Assembly: GCF_000018105.1 (NCBI RefSeq)
Contig: NC_009925.1
Location: 1,800,001 to 1,832,000 of the forward strand
Length of the DNA stretch: 32,000 bases
Direction: 5' to 3'
From: Acaryochloris marina MBIC11017
Lineage (GTDB): Bacteria > Cyanobacteriota > Cyanobacteriia > Thermosynechococcales > Thermosynechococcaceae
The notes under the pieces: model-generated
The model's input: only the letters and a program-made list of their open reading frames with translations
The model's database searches: none
What the model was told of the DNA's origin: nothing
Made by a program: the position numbers and the translations under genes
In this document: in pieces, positions 7,476-16,761 of the stretch
Numbering within the stretch: the stretch's first letter is position 1
Layout: every line of letters begins with the position of its first letter

Positions 7476-8660
7476 CTAACTTTCAGTTTGAATCGCCACA
7501 TTCACTTGTAGGTTGGTCAATCCGGAAACGGCAATACTATTGTGAAGACGCACCTTAACTTCCACCACGCGAGAATCAGTATTCGCTGCCGGATCTGTCC
7601 CCACTACGTCATTCTTTCCAATTTTTAAACCAATTTTGTCGACAGTTCCCTCGATCTCACCTTTAATGACGGGACTATTAATCTTGGCAAGCTGGCCAAT
7701 TTGGATCTGATTGATATCCGTTTCATACACTTCAGCCACAACATACATTTGCCGGGTATTGCCCATTTCCACAATCCCTTTTTGAACCTCACTACCAGAA
7801 GTAGAGACAGCGGGGATGGCCTCGCCTTGGCGAATATGGACTTTTAAAATTTGCCCTGCATTGGGAGCACGAATAATCGTACGGGTCATGCGAGCCTTAG
7901 CCAGCTCAAGGTTACTTTTGGCAGACGCTAAGTCGATTTGAGCTTGCGATCGCAACGTCCCTACTTTAGTTCGATTAATTTGAGCTCTGGCGTTATTGCT
8001 ATTGGTTTGTAGCTCTTCTTGCAGCATCGCCAACGTTGCGATCGCATTATTGAGCTGCTGCTGTTTACTACGAAAAGAGAGAAAACGATCATCTAGTTCT
8101 TGCTTAGAGACCGCCCCTGCCTTTTGTAAAAACTCATACCTCTTCAGGGTAATCTTGGCTTGTTCATACTCCACCTTAGATTGCTTGACTAAGGCATCTT
8201 GAGCCGCAATTTCTCTCATCTTAGGCGTTTCCGCTTGATTCCGGCGCGTTCTTGCTTCTTGTCCTTGAGCTTTACCTAATTCACGCTCTGCAATAAATCG
8301 GTTTTGGGCTTCGAGTAAGCGGCTAGCAGCCAATTTAACTTCAGCTTGCCGCTCAGGGTAGCTTTCTAAAAAGGCAATCGTTTCACCCTTCTCTAGCTGT
8401 TGACCTTCTTTCACTAATAGTTGAAGAACTCTTTCCCCAGTAGGACCACCAACTTGAAGGACCTGCCCTGCAGGTTCAATGCGACCAAGAGCAGAAATAG
8501 CGCTGGATTTCTCAGAAGCGGACTTTGAATCGTTATTAGCGGGGTTGGGTTGCTGCTGAAAAGCTTGGAAAACACCAACCCCTCCGAACCCCAGAGCTAA
8601 AACAACGGCTCCAGAGATCATCCATTTACCAGATGACTTTAGAAAGGGTTTATCGCCCAC
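7476..8660 (-). CDS. devB: ABC exporter membrane fusion protein, DevB family (HlyD-like)
   Basis: 394 aa. N-terminal TM anchor, ISALGRIEPAGQVLQV..., long coiled-coil hairpin, lipoyl/beta-barrel segments. GTG start at 8660. Confidence 0.88.
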   Translation of the reverse strand: MGDKPFLKSSGKWMISGAVVLALGFGGVGVFQAFQQQPNPANNDSKSASEKSSAISALGRIEPAGQVLQVGGPTGERVLQLLVKEGQQLEKGETIAFLESYPERQAEVKLAASRLLEAQNRFIAERELGKAQGQEARTRRNQAETPKMREIAAQDALVKQSKVEYEQAKITLKRYEFLQKAGAVSKQELDDRFLSFRSKQQQLNNAIATLAMLQEELQTNSNNARAQINRTKVGTLRSQAQIDLASAKSNLELAKARMTRTIIRAPNAGQILKVHIRQGEAIPAVSTSGSEVQKGIVEMGNTRQMYVVAEVYETDINQIQIGQLAKINSPVIKGEIEGTVDKIGLKIGKNDVVGTDPAANTDSRVVEVKVRLHNSIAVSGLTNLQVNVAIQTES

Positions 8661-8809
8661 ACTGATGGCTCAATTCAACACCTCCCAATTGTAAAGAATT
8701 TTTCCCCAATAATCTGTTTTCATTCTCTTAAATTAAATATCTTTACCCAGGCAAAATTCGATTTTGATAGATACTAGAACGTGACAAACCTTTTTCTCAT
8801 CCTCATTCT

Positions 8810-8852
8810 TGTACCTAGCTGTACAAACACTTTCGTCTTTGTCCCGTAGAAT
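8810..8852 (+). promoter_or_regulatory. Canonical NtcA-activated (class II) promoter: TGTA-N8-TACA box plus a TAGAAT -10 hexamer 22 nt after the TAC
   Basis: tTGTAcctagctgTACAaacactttcgtctttgtcccgTAGAATgc. Box at 8810-8825, -10 hexamer at 8847-8852, ATG of the downstream gene at 8879. Confidence 0.6.
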
Positions 8853-8878
8853 GCGGAATATGCATTCTATGTAACTCA

Positions 8879-9277
8879 ATGAAACCTTTTCTCCTTGGTG
8901 TGGCTCTATTTTCAACCCTTTGGGTTTGTCCAATGGCCCAGGCAGAAAATCCTGAGCATCTCAAACGACTCATGAAATCGCGATCTTGCCCTAACTGTGA
9001 TTTACAGGGTGCCGATTTATCTGCCATGAATTTGCGCAAGGCTAATCTATCGGGCGCTAACCTGACAGGCGCCAATCTTAATTTGGCCGACCTCACCGCC
9101 GCTAACTTATCAAACGCTATTTTGACCGGAACAAGCTTAGCTTGGACCACCTTTACCGATGCCAATTTACAGGGGGCAAACCTGTCCCAGGCTAATTTCG
9201 CAGGCGGAGAAAGACTGGGTCAAGCATTAAGTTTTGAAAAAGCAACCTTGCCGGATGGAACGATTGCTTTTCCATAA
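8879..9277 (+). CDS. Secreted pentapeptide-repeat protein
   Basis: Signal peptide MKPFLLGVALFSTLWVCPMAQA, then tandem A(D/N)LxG-type pentapeptides (ADLSAMNLRKANLSGANLTGANLNLADLTAANLSNAILTG...). Confidence 0.85.
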   Translation: MKPFLLGVALFSTLWVCPMAQAENPEHLKRLMKSRSCPNCDLQGADLSAMNLRKANLSGANLTGANLNLADLTAANLSNAILTGTSLAWTTFTDANLQGANLSQANFAGGERLGQALSFEKATLPDGTIAFP

Positions 9278-9435
9278 GTTCAGTAAAACTATAAGCTTTC
9301 AGTAAAGGGGGCTTTTCTCCTCATCCTATACTTTAGTTCAGCATCACTATTCTTTATCAAGGTTCAGTGGGCACTTTATAAAGTAGGCATTTCTGCCGGA
9401 TAGGATAACTAGCCCTTTAGTGTGTGGGGTGTGTG

Positions 9436-9825
9436 ATGAAACGAATAAATCTTTTAGGGTTGATATTACCCGTTCAACTGATGGCTGCTCCCGCTTTTGC
9501 AGCTAAAACCTGTAGTCCTTATCGAGTCAATTATGAAAGCGCCATCTCCCAGGGATTGATTACTCGACCGTCATTAGTAAACAATGCCGGGCAATCCTGG
9601 AATTTATTTCAAGTGGCCATGCGACGGAACGATCGCATCGAGGCAGCATCGCGAGCCGCTCAATATCTCGTAATCTTGTCTGAGTACGCAGGAACCCGCC
9701 AAGCAAATCAGGCTCGGCATAATATTGAGCAAGAAATGGTGGGCTACTACCAACAGCCTGTAGAAGTGGCAATGCCCATGTTCGAAGTCATTCTTGAGAA
9801 CAGTCCAGATTGTCTCAAGCAATAG
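9436..9825 (+). CDS. Hypothetical secreted protein
   Basis: ATG 9436 gives MKRINLLGLILPVQLMAAPAFA, which is signal-peptide-like. No recognisable domain. Confidence 0.5.
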   Translation: MKRINLLGLILPVQLMAAPAFAAKTCSPYRVNYESAISQGLITRPSLVNNAGQSWNLFQVAMRRNDRIEAASRAAQYLVILSEYAGTRQANQARHNIEQEMVGYYQQPVEVAMPMFEVILENSPDCLKQ

Positions 9826-9827
9826 AC

Positions 9828-11177
9828 CTACGTCAGTTGATCAGATAACTCTTGCCGCAGGCGATAAAGCACCATCTGTGGCTGTAATTGCTTGATAATA
9901 TTTTGGATTAAGGTACTAGAGCCCAAGGGTCCCCAAGAATAGCCATTGAATAAATAGGCTTGTGTTTGTTGCCCCACCCGCTTCGCTCCATATAGACTCA
10001 CCCCGCCTTGAAGGAGTCCTGTGCCCACCCAAGGTAGCCATCCGAGAGATATATGCCCCACCCAACTAGACAGGGTTGGCGTACTCATCTCTACCAAAAT
10101 CAAGCTGGCAAAACTCAGCGAGATTTGGCCCCAAAGTTGATTCACCTGATGCCGATGGGTGGGGAGGCGATAGAGTTTGACGAGGGTGCCAATCAAGAGC
10201 AAATCTGCTAGAAGGCCAATAGCAGCATCGAGGAATAACAGGGGGCAAACCGCAATTAGAGCTGCCTTTAAGCGGGCATACTGACCAATACAGGCTTTGC
10301 CTGAGGGTGCCTCATAGGTCTGTACATGTTCGGCAATATCGCGCTCTACCCTTTGGACTTGTAGCAGCGTATTTAAGACTAACAGTGTACGACCTTCTTT
10401 TTGTATCAATTGGAGCAACGTCGATCGCAACGATTCAATATTAGCCCGTGGCGTTTCCCAATCATGGGTCGTTCGACCATCTGGCCATTCGACCCGAATT
10501 TCTACAGGCGCTGGAGCCGCAGAGGTCAGTAAAATATCTTCCGGGGTGAGCACTTTTTGTAATGGCTCTGCCAATCGCTCATAGACTCCGGTCGCATCTA
10601 AATCAGGATAAAGGTCGGCCTTATTCACCACGATCAAAAGAGGACGGCCTGATTGTCGTAAGGCTTTGAGGGAATCTAGTTCTAAGGCAGTGGGAGGCCC
10701 CGCCGTGATAAATAGAATCAGATCGGCCGCTTTGGCAATTTCCTGAGCCATGTGTGCTCGCCCCTGTCCCTCAATTTCATCGAGACCAGGAGTATCAATC
10801 AGTTCAATTTGTAAGGTAGATAGCCCCTGAGCTACCACCGGTGACCAACGAACTGAACGAGGCCATTGGGTCTCACCATTCAGGGGGCCTACAGGGAAAA
10901 TAGGCTCATCAAAAAGGGCATTCAGAACAGCCGACTTCCCCCGACTCACAAATCCAAACGTCGCAATTTGAAAGATCCCTTGGTTAAGCTTCAAGCTTAA
11001 GCTGGATAGGGAGCCAAGCTGATTTTGCAGCTCCGTTTGCAGGGGAACCGGAAACGTCTCAACTTGCTGAATAACGTTCTGGATACTGAGATGAGCACGC
11101 TGGTAAACGGTCACTGGCTCACTAGCCAGGATATTCTCCCTAGGTGCAGTCTGACTGTCCGGCGGGGACTGAGCCAC
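9828..11177 (-). CDS. Membrane-anchored GTPase (Era/dynamin-like G domain plus C-terminal multi-TM DUF697-like region)
   Basis: G1 GFVSRGKSAVLNAL, G3 DTPGLDE, G4 NKAD. The C-terminal third has hydrophobic helices (ALIAVCPLLFLDAAIGLLADLLLIGTL, ISLSFASLILV, WLPWVGTGLLQGGVSLYG). GTG start lies 4 nt after the upstream stop. Confidence 0.8.
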   Translation of the reverse strand: MAQSPPDSQTAPRENILASEPVTVYQRAHLSIQNVIQQVETFPVPLQTELQNQLGSLSSLSLKLNQGIFQIATFGFVSRGKSAVLNALFDEPIFPVGPLNGETQWPRSVRWSPVVAQGLSTLQIELIDTPGLDEIEGQGRAHMAQEIAKAADLILFITAGPPTALELDSLKALRQSGRPLLIVVNKADLYPDLDATGVYERLAEPLQKVLTPEDILLTSAAPAPVEIRVEWPDGRTTHDWETPRANIESLRSTLLQLIQKEGRTLLVLNTLLQVQRVERDIAEHVQTYEAPSGKACIGQYARLKAALIAVCPLLFLDAAIGLLADLLLIGTLVKLYRLPTHRHQVNQLWGQISLSFASLILVEMSTPTLSSWVGHISLGWLPWVGTGLLQGGVSLYGAKRVGQQTQAYLFNGYSWGPLGSSTLIQNIIKQLQPQMVLYRLRQELSDQLT

Positions 11178-11181
11178 GGGT

Positions 11182-12630
11182 TTAGGATGCAGGGGCTTCT
11201 AACAGTCCACCTTGACGGCGGAAACGACCAATGGATTGCTGCGTAAAGTCTTTAAGCGCATCCACTTTCTGATGTTCTTGAAAGACCTTGGCCACAATCT
11301 GCTTCAGCTTTTCAGGATCCCAATTCGATTCAGGAGCCGCTACAGCCAGGTCACTGAGTTCTTGGAAGTGCTCTAGCAAACTCAGCCCTGCAATGCGGGT
11401 CAAATGGGCGGTACTCACCCCTTGGACCAGTCCTCCAGCGACAAAGGTAAAGTGATGACCTTTGAGTAAAGAACTCAGGGCCTGGGTCGAGACTTCGACT
11501 AAGCCGAGTTTAAGCATGGCCGTCGCTAAGGTACTCGCAACGGCTTGAGCCTGGGCCAAAGAAAACTTTAGACGATACAAAGAACCCAGTTCCATAACCA
11601 TTTTGGCGCTGATCGCGGCTGCAGCCAACATATCCAAGGTAGGGACTGGATTAGCAAACGCAGTCGCCCCTGTAATCCACTGATAACGCTCAATGATGGG
11701 AGTAGCAAGCTGACGGCGGACACCATTCAGTTCCCCTTGCACTTGGGTGCGCAAAGCGACAGTCTGCTGATAGGTCTGAAACAAGATCAGCTGTCCCTTC
11801 TCAGCTGCCAGCACTTGATCCAGGCGCTGGGTCAAGCCTGACACATCTGGCTGGGGTCGCTCTAACTCTTCTTGACAGGAGCCATCCTCGCTGTAGCGGC
11901 GAACCTTAACCGCTTGGGGATAGGCAGAAGTTGTCACAATATCTGACTCTGATAGCCAAGGCTGCAACCGTTGCTGCAATTTCTGTTGCAAAATTAAGCG
12001 CTGAGTTGGCAGGTATTGATCCTGCTTGTTAAGAACGACTAAGACTCGCTGTTTATGAGCCTGCAATGTTTGCAAGCATTGGTACTCGGAATCTGTTAAG
12101 TCCCCTTGAATGACATAAAGGATCAGATCCGCAGCCATCACAGGTGGAGAGATTTCTAAGGTCGCTGAATGAGATAGGGAGCCTATTTCATGAAGGACAC
12201 AAGCTTCTTTGGAGGCCTGGTAGCGAGTTTGTAGTAGCTCCATCAAAGTGGATTTACCGACACCCGGTGCGCCCGTTACCAAAAGGCGAGGTTCCTGTCG
12301 ATGCAAGTCGATGAGATCAAGCTGCTCCTTGAAGGCTGCAGATTGAGGAGTCGGTTCTGCAAGGGTTTCTAACTGCTCAATCAACGACGCGCTAGTGGCC
12401 ACTGTCTTTTCGACAATGGGTCGAGTCATTTGGGTTGCATCTAGGTCTGGGACTTGGCGTTTCAACCCTGGGAAAAATTTGAGACTAACGGCCAAGCTAC
12501 CCAGGCCAACAACCATCCCCGCTGTTAGGAATTCAGAAAATCCGTGATTACCACCGGGGATCAAGAACCAAATGCATAAGACAAGGGTGCCAGCACCCCA
12601 AAAAATCCGTTGTGATGATTGAGCAGACAT
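11182..12630 (-). CDS. Membrane-anchored GTPase with C-terminal DUF697-like domain
   Basis: Two N-terminal TM helices. G1 GAPGVGKSTL, G4 NKQD. C-terminal region ITGATAFANPVPTLDMLAAAAISAKMVMELGSLY... resembles YcjF/DUF697. Confidence 0.8.
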   Translation of the reverse strand: MSAQSSQRIFWGAGTLVLCIWFLIPGGNHGFSEFLTAGMVVGLGSLAVSLKFFPGLKRQVPDLDATQMTRPIVEKTVATSASLIEQLETLAEPTPQSAAFKEQLDLIDLHRQEPRLLVTGAPGVGKSTLMELLQTRYQASKEACVLHEIGSLSHSATLEISPPVMAADLILYVIQGDLTDSEYQCLQTLQAHKQRVLVVLNKQDQYLPTQRLILQQKLQQRLQPWLSESDIVTTSAYPQAVKVRRYSEDGSCQEELERPQPDVSGLTQRLDQVLAAEKGQLILFQTYQQTVALRTQVQGELNGVRRQLATPIIERYQWITGATAFANPVPTLDMLAAAAISAKMVMELGSLYRLKFSLAQAQAVASTLATAMLKLGLVEVSTQALSSLLKGHHFTFVAGGLVQGVSTAHLTRIAGLSLLEHFQELSDLAVAAPESNWDPEKLKQIVAKVFQEHQKVDALKDFTQQSIGRFRRQGGLLEAPAS

Positions 12631-12704
12631 AGACTTGAGATCCTCAACAATCTTGACATCCCGTCCTCGCCATTCTCGCAGATTGCTAGGAAAAATGTCA
12701 GGAC

Positions 12705-12744
12705 TTTTAAAAAAAGAATACCCCAGAGATCGTTATCTCTGGGG
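12705..12744 (-). terminator. Rho-independent terminator downstream of tRNA-fMet
   Basis: Perfect 10-bp stem CCCCAGAGAT (12721-12730) / ATCTCTGGGG (12735-12744), loop CGTT. On the minus strand it is followed by TATTCTTTTTTT. Confidence 0.8.
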
Positions 12745-12756
12745 CACCCTAAGCAC

Positions 12757-12833
<77 letters not shown>

Positions 12834-13207
12834 TCGCGAAACCTAAGTATAGACATCAATGAGTACACTTGGCAACTTTTATCTACAGATTATCGATCGA
12901 TTTCTATCTCTACAAGGATATTAAGGCCCTAAATGGGTTGAGCAAACTGCCAAGTGCTAGGAGCCTAGCTGAGTTAAGAAGCGCTCAGCAAGCTGTGTAT
13001 ATTCATCTTTCAATCCATATACAGCCACGCACCCCGCGATGTTTAAGAATGTGATAGACAAACATTTTTGATTTTTTTTTCACAACTCTATTAAGTTCAA
13101 TGAATACTCACGTTTTAAGTCACGATTGCTAGGGAGTTGACCTTCTCTTCCATGAACTTGGGCTTATAATCTTACACACCCAAGAATTAAATACAGGCTC
13201 CGCGTAA

Positions 13208-14923
13208 ATGGCAATAGCTCAGTATAGGTTGGTCAATCACCTACACTTTCGCAACTTTAGAGGCGATCTGCTAGGTGGAATGACCGCCGCAATTGTTGCA
13301 TTACCCTTAGCCCTAGCTTTTGGGGTCTCTGCTACTGCAGATGTTCCAACTAACTCCGGTGCTATCGCTGGGTTATATGGTGCCATTAGCGTCGGTTTTT
13401 TTGCATCCCTATGTGGGGGAACCCCTTCACAAATTTCAGGCCCCACTGGCCCCATGTCTGTCGTCATGGCGACCATTTTTGCAGCCTTGATGAAGGAGGA
13501 TCCTGACGCCGGACTAGCAATGGCCTTCACGGTCGTGATGATGGCGGGCCTGTTCCAAATCTTATTTGGGGTCTTGCGGTTAGGGAAGTACATCACCTTA
13601 ATGCCCTACACCGTGATTTCGGGCTTTATGTCGGGTGTGGGTTTAATCATCATCACGATTCAAATTGCGCCGTTACTAGGACATAAAGCCTCTTCTAAAG
13701 TCGTCAATGCAATTCAACAGCTTCCAGGCGTATTAACGGATATTGATCCAGTCGCCCTTGGCTTAGGCTTGCTCACCCTAGCGATTGTATTTGCCGCCCC
13801 ACCAAGATTGAATCGGATTCTGCCTGCACCACTGATCGCATTGGTGGTCTGCACTTCAATTTCGGTTTATGGCTTTCCTGATAGTGGTATTCCAGTCATT
13901 GGACATATCCCTGCTGGGTTGCCCGAGCCGCATATGCCGGTGTTCCAAATCAAACATGCCAAAACCATGCTGGGCTACAGTGTGATGCTGGCCATGTTGG
14001 GGTCCATCGACTCCCTCCTCACTTCTTTAGTGGCTGATAACATAACCCATACCCAACATGATTCTGATCGAGAATTGATCGGCCAAGGACTAGGCAATCT
14101 TATGGCTGGGTTCATGGGCGGATTGCCTGGGGCGGGGGCAACGATGCGGACGGTGATTAATGCCAAGTCAGGCGGTCAAACGCCTTTATCCGGCATTATT
14201 CATGCCGTTGTTCTGGCTGTTATTGTCATCGGCGCATCCCCAATGACTGAACCTATTCCCAATGCCGTTTTAGCTGGGATTTTGATTAAAGTCGGCATTG
14301 ATATTATTGACTGGAGTTTTCTCAAACGGGCTCACCGGCTGTCTTTAAAGGGAGCTGGAATTATGTATCTCGTCATGTTTCTGACAGTGTTTGTAGATCT
14401 CGTCACTGCAGTGGCCGTTGGTGCTTTTCTAGCAAATCTGTTGACGATTAAGAGTCTTACTGATTTACAAGTCCAAACCATGCGGACAATTACAGGCCCC
14501 ACTGATGACCAGCAAATGAGTCAGGAAGAGAAAGATATTATTGCCAAAGCCCATGGCCAAATTCTGCTCTTTTTCTTTAGTGGACCCATGAGTTTTGGCG
14601 CTGCCAAGTCTATCTCTCAACGGCTGTCTATCGTTAAAGCCTATAAAGTCCTGATTTTAGACATGAGTGATGTGACCCGGGTGGGGATTACGGCTTCTTT
14701 AGCCATCGAGAATATTCTCAAGGATGCTGAGAACACGGGGAAAGTGGTGTTTTTAGTCGGTGTGCATGGGCAGGTCGCGGAGCGTTTGCATCGAATTGAA
14801 TCCATCCATACTCTCCCCAAAGATAGTTGGTTTAATCGTCGATTAGATGCCCTGAATGAAGCGGCCGCTCTACTCTATGTCCCCCTATCTCGCAGTCGGC
14901 TGCCTAAAGAAAAGGAAGTCTAG
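13208..14923 (+). CDS. SulP-family anion transporter with C-terminal STAS domain (BicA-like, possible bicarbonate transporter)
   Basis: 571 aa. FRNFRGDLLGGMTAAIVALPLALAFGV, MPYTVISGFMSGVG, ELIGQGLGNLMAGFMGGLPGAGATMRTVIN, then a STAS region (ILLFFFSGPMSFGAAK...VTRVGITASLAIENI). Strong resemblance to BicA of Synechococcus PCC 7002 as I recall it. Confidence 0.9.
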   Translation: MAIAQYRLVNHLHFRNFRGDLLGGMTAAIVALPLALAFGVSATADVPTNSGAIAGLYGAISVGFFASLCGGTPSQISGPTGPMSVVMATIFAALMKEDPDAGLAMAFTVVMMAGLFQILFGVLRLGKYITLMPYTVISGFMSGVGLIIITIQIAPLLGHKASSKVVNAIQQLPGVLTDIDPVALGLGLLTLAIVFAAPPRLNRILPAPLIALVVCTSISVYGFPDSGIPVIGHIPAGLPEPHMPVFQIKHAKTMLGYSVMLAMLGSIDSLLTSLVADNITHTQHDSDRELIGQGLGNLMAGFMGGLPGAGATMRTVINAKSGGQTPLSGIIHAVVLAVIVIGASPMTEPIPNAVLAGILIKVGIDIIDWSFLKRAHRLSLKGAGIMYLVMFLTVFVDLVTAVAVGAFLANLLTIKSLTDLQVQTMRTITGPTDDQQMSQEEKDIIAKAHGQILLFFFSGPMSFGAAKSISQRLSIVKAYKVLILDMSDVTRVGITASLAIENILKDAENTGKVVFLVGVHGQVAERLHRIESIHTLPKDSWFNRRLDALNEAAALLYVPLSRSRLPKEKEV

Positions 14924-14951
14924 CTGTTTAATTGATCATAATGTTGTCATG

Positions 14952-14990
14952 AGAAAGAGGCTGCCATTTGAAGAACAGCAGCCTCTTTCT
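14952..14990. terminator. Bidirectional terminator hairpin between the convergent SulP and sigA genes
   Basis: Perfect 13-bp stem AGAAAGAGGCTGC (14952-14964) / GCAGCCTCTTTCT (14978-14990). Confidence 0.75.
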
Positions 14991-15010
14991 TGATGGATGA
15001 ATGATTGAAA

Positions 15011-16126
15011 CTAGCGGATATACTCTTTCAAAACACTATTGCGGTTAGGATGGCGCAACTTGCGCAAAGCCTTGGCTTCAATTTGGCGAATCCGCTCACG
15101 GGTAACATTGAAGATCTGGCCAATTTCTTCTAGGGTCTTCATTCGACCATCATCTAGGCCGTAGCGTAACTTCAACACATCACGCTCACGAGGGCTGAGG
15201 GTATCTAGAACCGTTTCTAGATCTTCTCGAAGTAAGCTCTTGGATACCTGATCCTCAGGCGTCTCACCATCGGACTCGATAAAGTCACCTAAGCGGGAGT
15301 CTTCTTCTTTACCAATGGGGGTTTCTAAAGAGATGGGTAATTGGGCGGACTTGGCGATGAAACGCAGCTTCTCGATGGTCATTTCCATGCGAGTGGCAAT
15401 TTCTTCTTCCGTAGGCTTGCGACCCATTTCTTGGGACAGCAATTTTGTGGTTTTCTTAATGCGAGAAATAGTTTCGTACAGGTGCACGGGGAGGCGAATC
15501 GTGCGGGATTGATCCGCGATCGCACGGGTGATCGCCTGACGAATCCACCAGGTAGCATAGGTGGAAAACTTGTATCCTTTCTCGTGGTCAAACTTTTCAG
15601 CGGCCCGGATCAAACCCAGGCTACCCTCTTGAATCAAGTCCTGGAAAGACAGGCCCCGATTCATATATTTCTTAGCGATGGATACGACTAATCGGAGGTT
15701 GGACTGGACCATCTTGTCTTTAGCTCTGCGGCCTGCATGCAGACGATGGCGGAAACGGTTAAGGGGCATATCCACTTCTAATGCCCACTCTTGAAGCTGA
15801 GGCTCACGCTCTAGTCGATCAAACAGATCGTCATAAATGCGCTCTAGCTCTAGCAAGTCTGCAATTTTACGAGCCAGTTCAATCTCTTCATCAGCTCGGA
15901 GTAATCGAATTCTACCGATTTCTTGTAGATACAGCCGGATGGAATCTTCCGTGTAATGCTTCTTCTTGGATTGACCGCGTCGACGGGCAGTACGAGCTTT
16001 TGTCGTTTTCCCACCTTCGCCAGCTTGGTTATCCTCACTAGTGCTACTGGCAGCATCCTCAACCAGATTATCTAAATCATTAGCCGGAGCTTGGATAGCT
16101 TCTAGTACATTATTGGCTTGGGTCAT
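15011..16126 (-). CDS. sigA: Primary (group 1) RNA polymerase sigma factor
   Basis: 371 aa. The basic tract [42 protein letters not shown], region 2.4 [14 protein letters not shown], region 4.2 [41 protein letters not shown] and the C-terminus are characteristic of cyanobacterial SigA/RpoD1. Confidence 0.9.
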   Translation of the reverse strand: MTQANNVLEAIQAPANDLDNLVEDAASSTSEDNQAGEGGKTTKARTARRRGQSKKKHYTEDSIRLYLQEIGRIRLLRADEEIELARKIADLLELERIYDDLFDRLEREPQLQEWALEVDMPLNRFRHRLHAGRRAKDKMVQSNLRLVVSIAKKYMNRGLSFQDLIQEGSLGLIRAAEKFDHEKGYKFSTYATWWIRQAITRAIADQSRTIRLPVHLYETISRIKKTTKLLSQEMGRKPTEEEIATRMEMTIEKLRFIAKSAQLPISLETPIGKEEDSRLGDFIESDGETPEDQVSKSLLREDLETVLDTLSPRERDVLKLRYGLDDGRMKTLEEIGQIFNVTRERIRQIEAKALRKLRHPNRNSVLKEYIR

Positions 16127-16761
16127 GCCGGATTCCTCAATACTCCCTAATTAAGACGATAGGAGAACCATTTTTTACTCACTACAACCGAATCTAACAA
16201 ATTCAGTTAGGGATGTGGATCTAGATGCCAAATCAGCCTACCTCAACAGTATATGCAAGGCAATTCAAAGCCTGAGCAAAAGACAAAACGCAGTCCTGCA
16301 TTGGGCTTTGGCCGTTCAACTATTGCTAAACCTCCACGATTGTAGCCTTTCTCACAAAAATTGGGGGAGTCTACAACGACTTCCACCGCAATTATGACTT
16401 AAACCTTTCAAAACGACATCCCTTGCCCTATTTTCCAGAATGCGTTATGGAACCCATGGCAAGCCCCCCACCGTCGTTTGAGCTTTATATCTCTTAGTAG
16501 AGCATTTATTGATGTGGATCACCACAACCCAGTGATCTAATTCACTGTGGCCTTAACAGGCCGTGCCCCTGAGAGCGCTAGATGTAGCGTATAGAAGTGG
16601 GTCAAATTCACTAGATTTAGGGATTGATGGGTTAATCTATCGTCGAAAAAGCCTCAGGGTGAAAATAGCAAAACTTAACTTTACTTGAAGTATATTAAGA
16701 TTTCTTAATTGTTGTGGTAGAGATTTGCTTAGCTCATCCAAACACTAGAATTTGAAATGTG

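Noticed and set aside
13039-13052. 14-mer ATGTTTAAGAATGT repeated at 13039-13052 and 31836-31849, both intergenic.
   Set aside because: A single exact 14-mer repeat is about what chance predicts for 32 kb (order of one to two same-strand pairs), and the flanks do not extend the match.
16215-16397. 60-codon GTG-start ORF in the sigA upstream region.
   Set aside because: It has no SD and no recognisable motif, is of minimal length, and runs opposite to both flanking genes. It is probably fortuitous.
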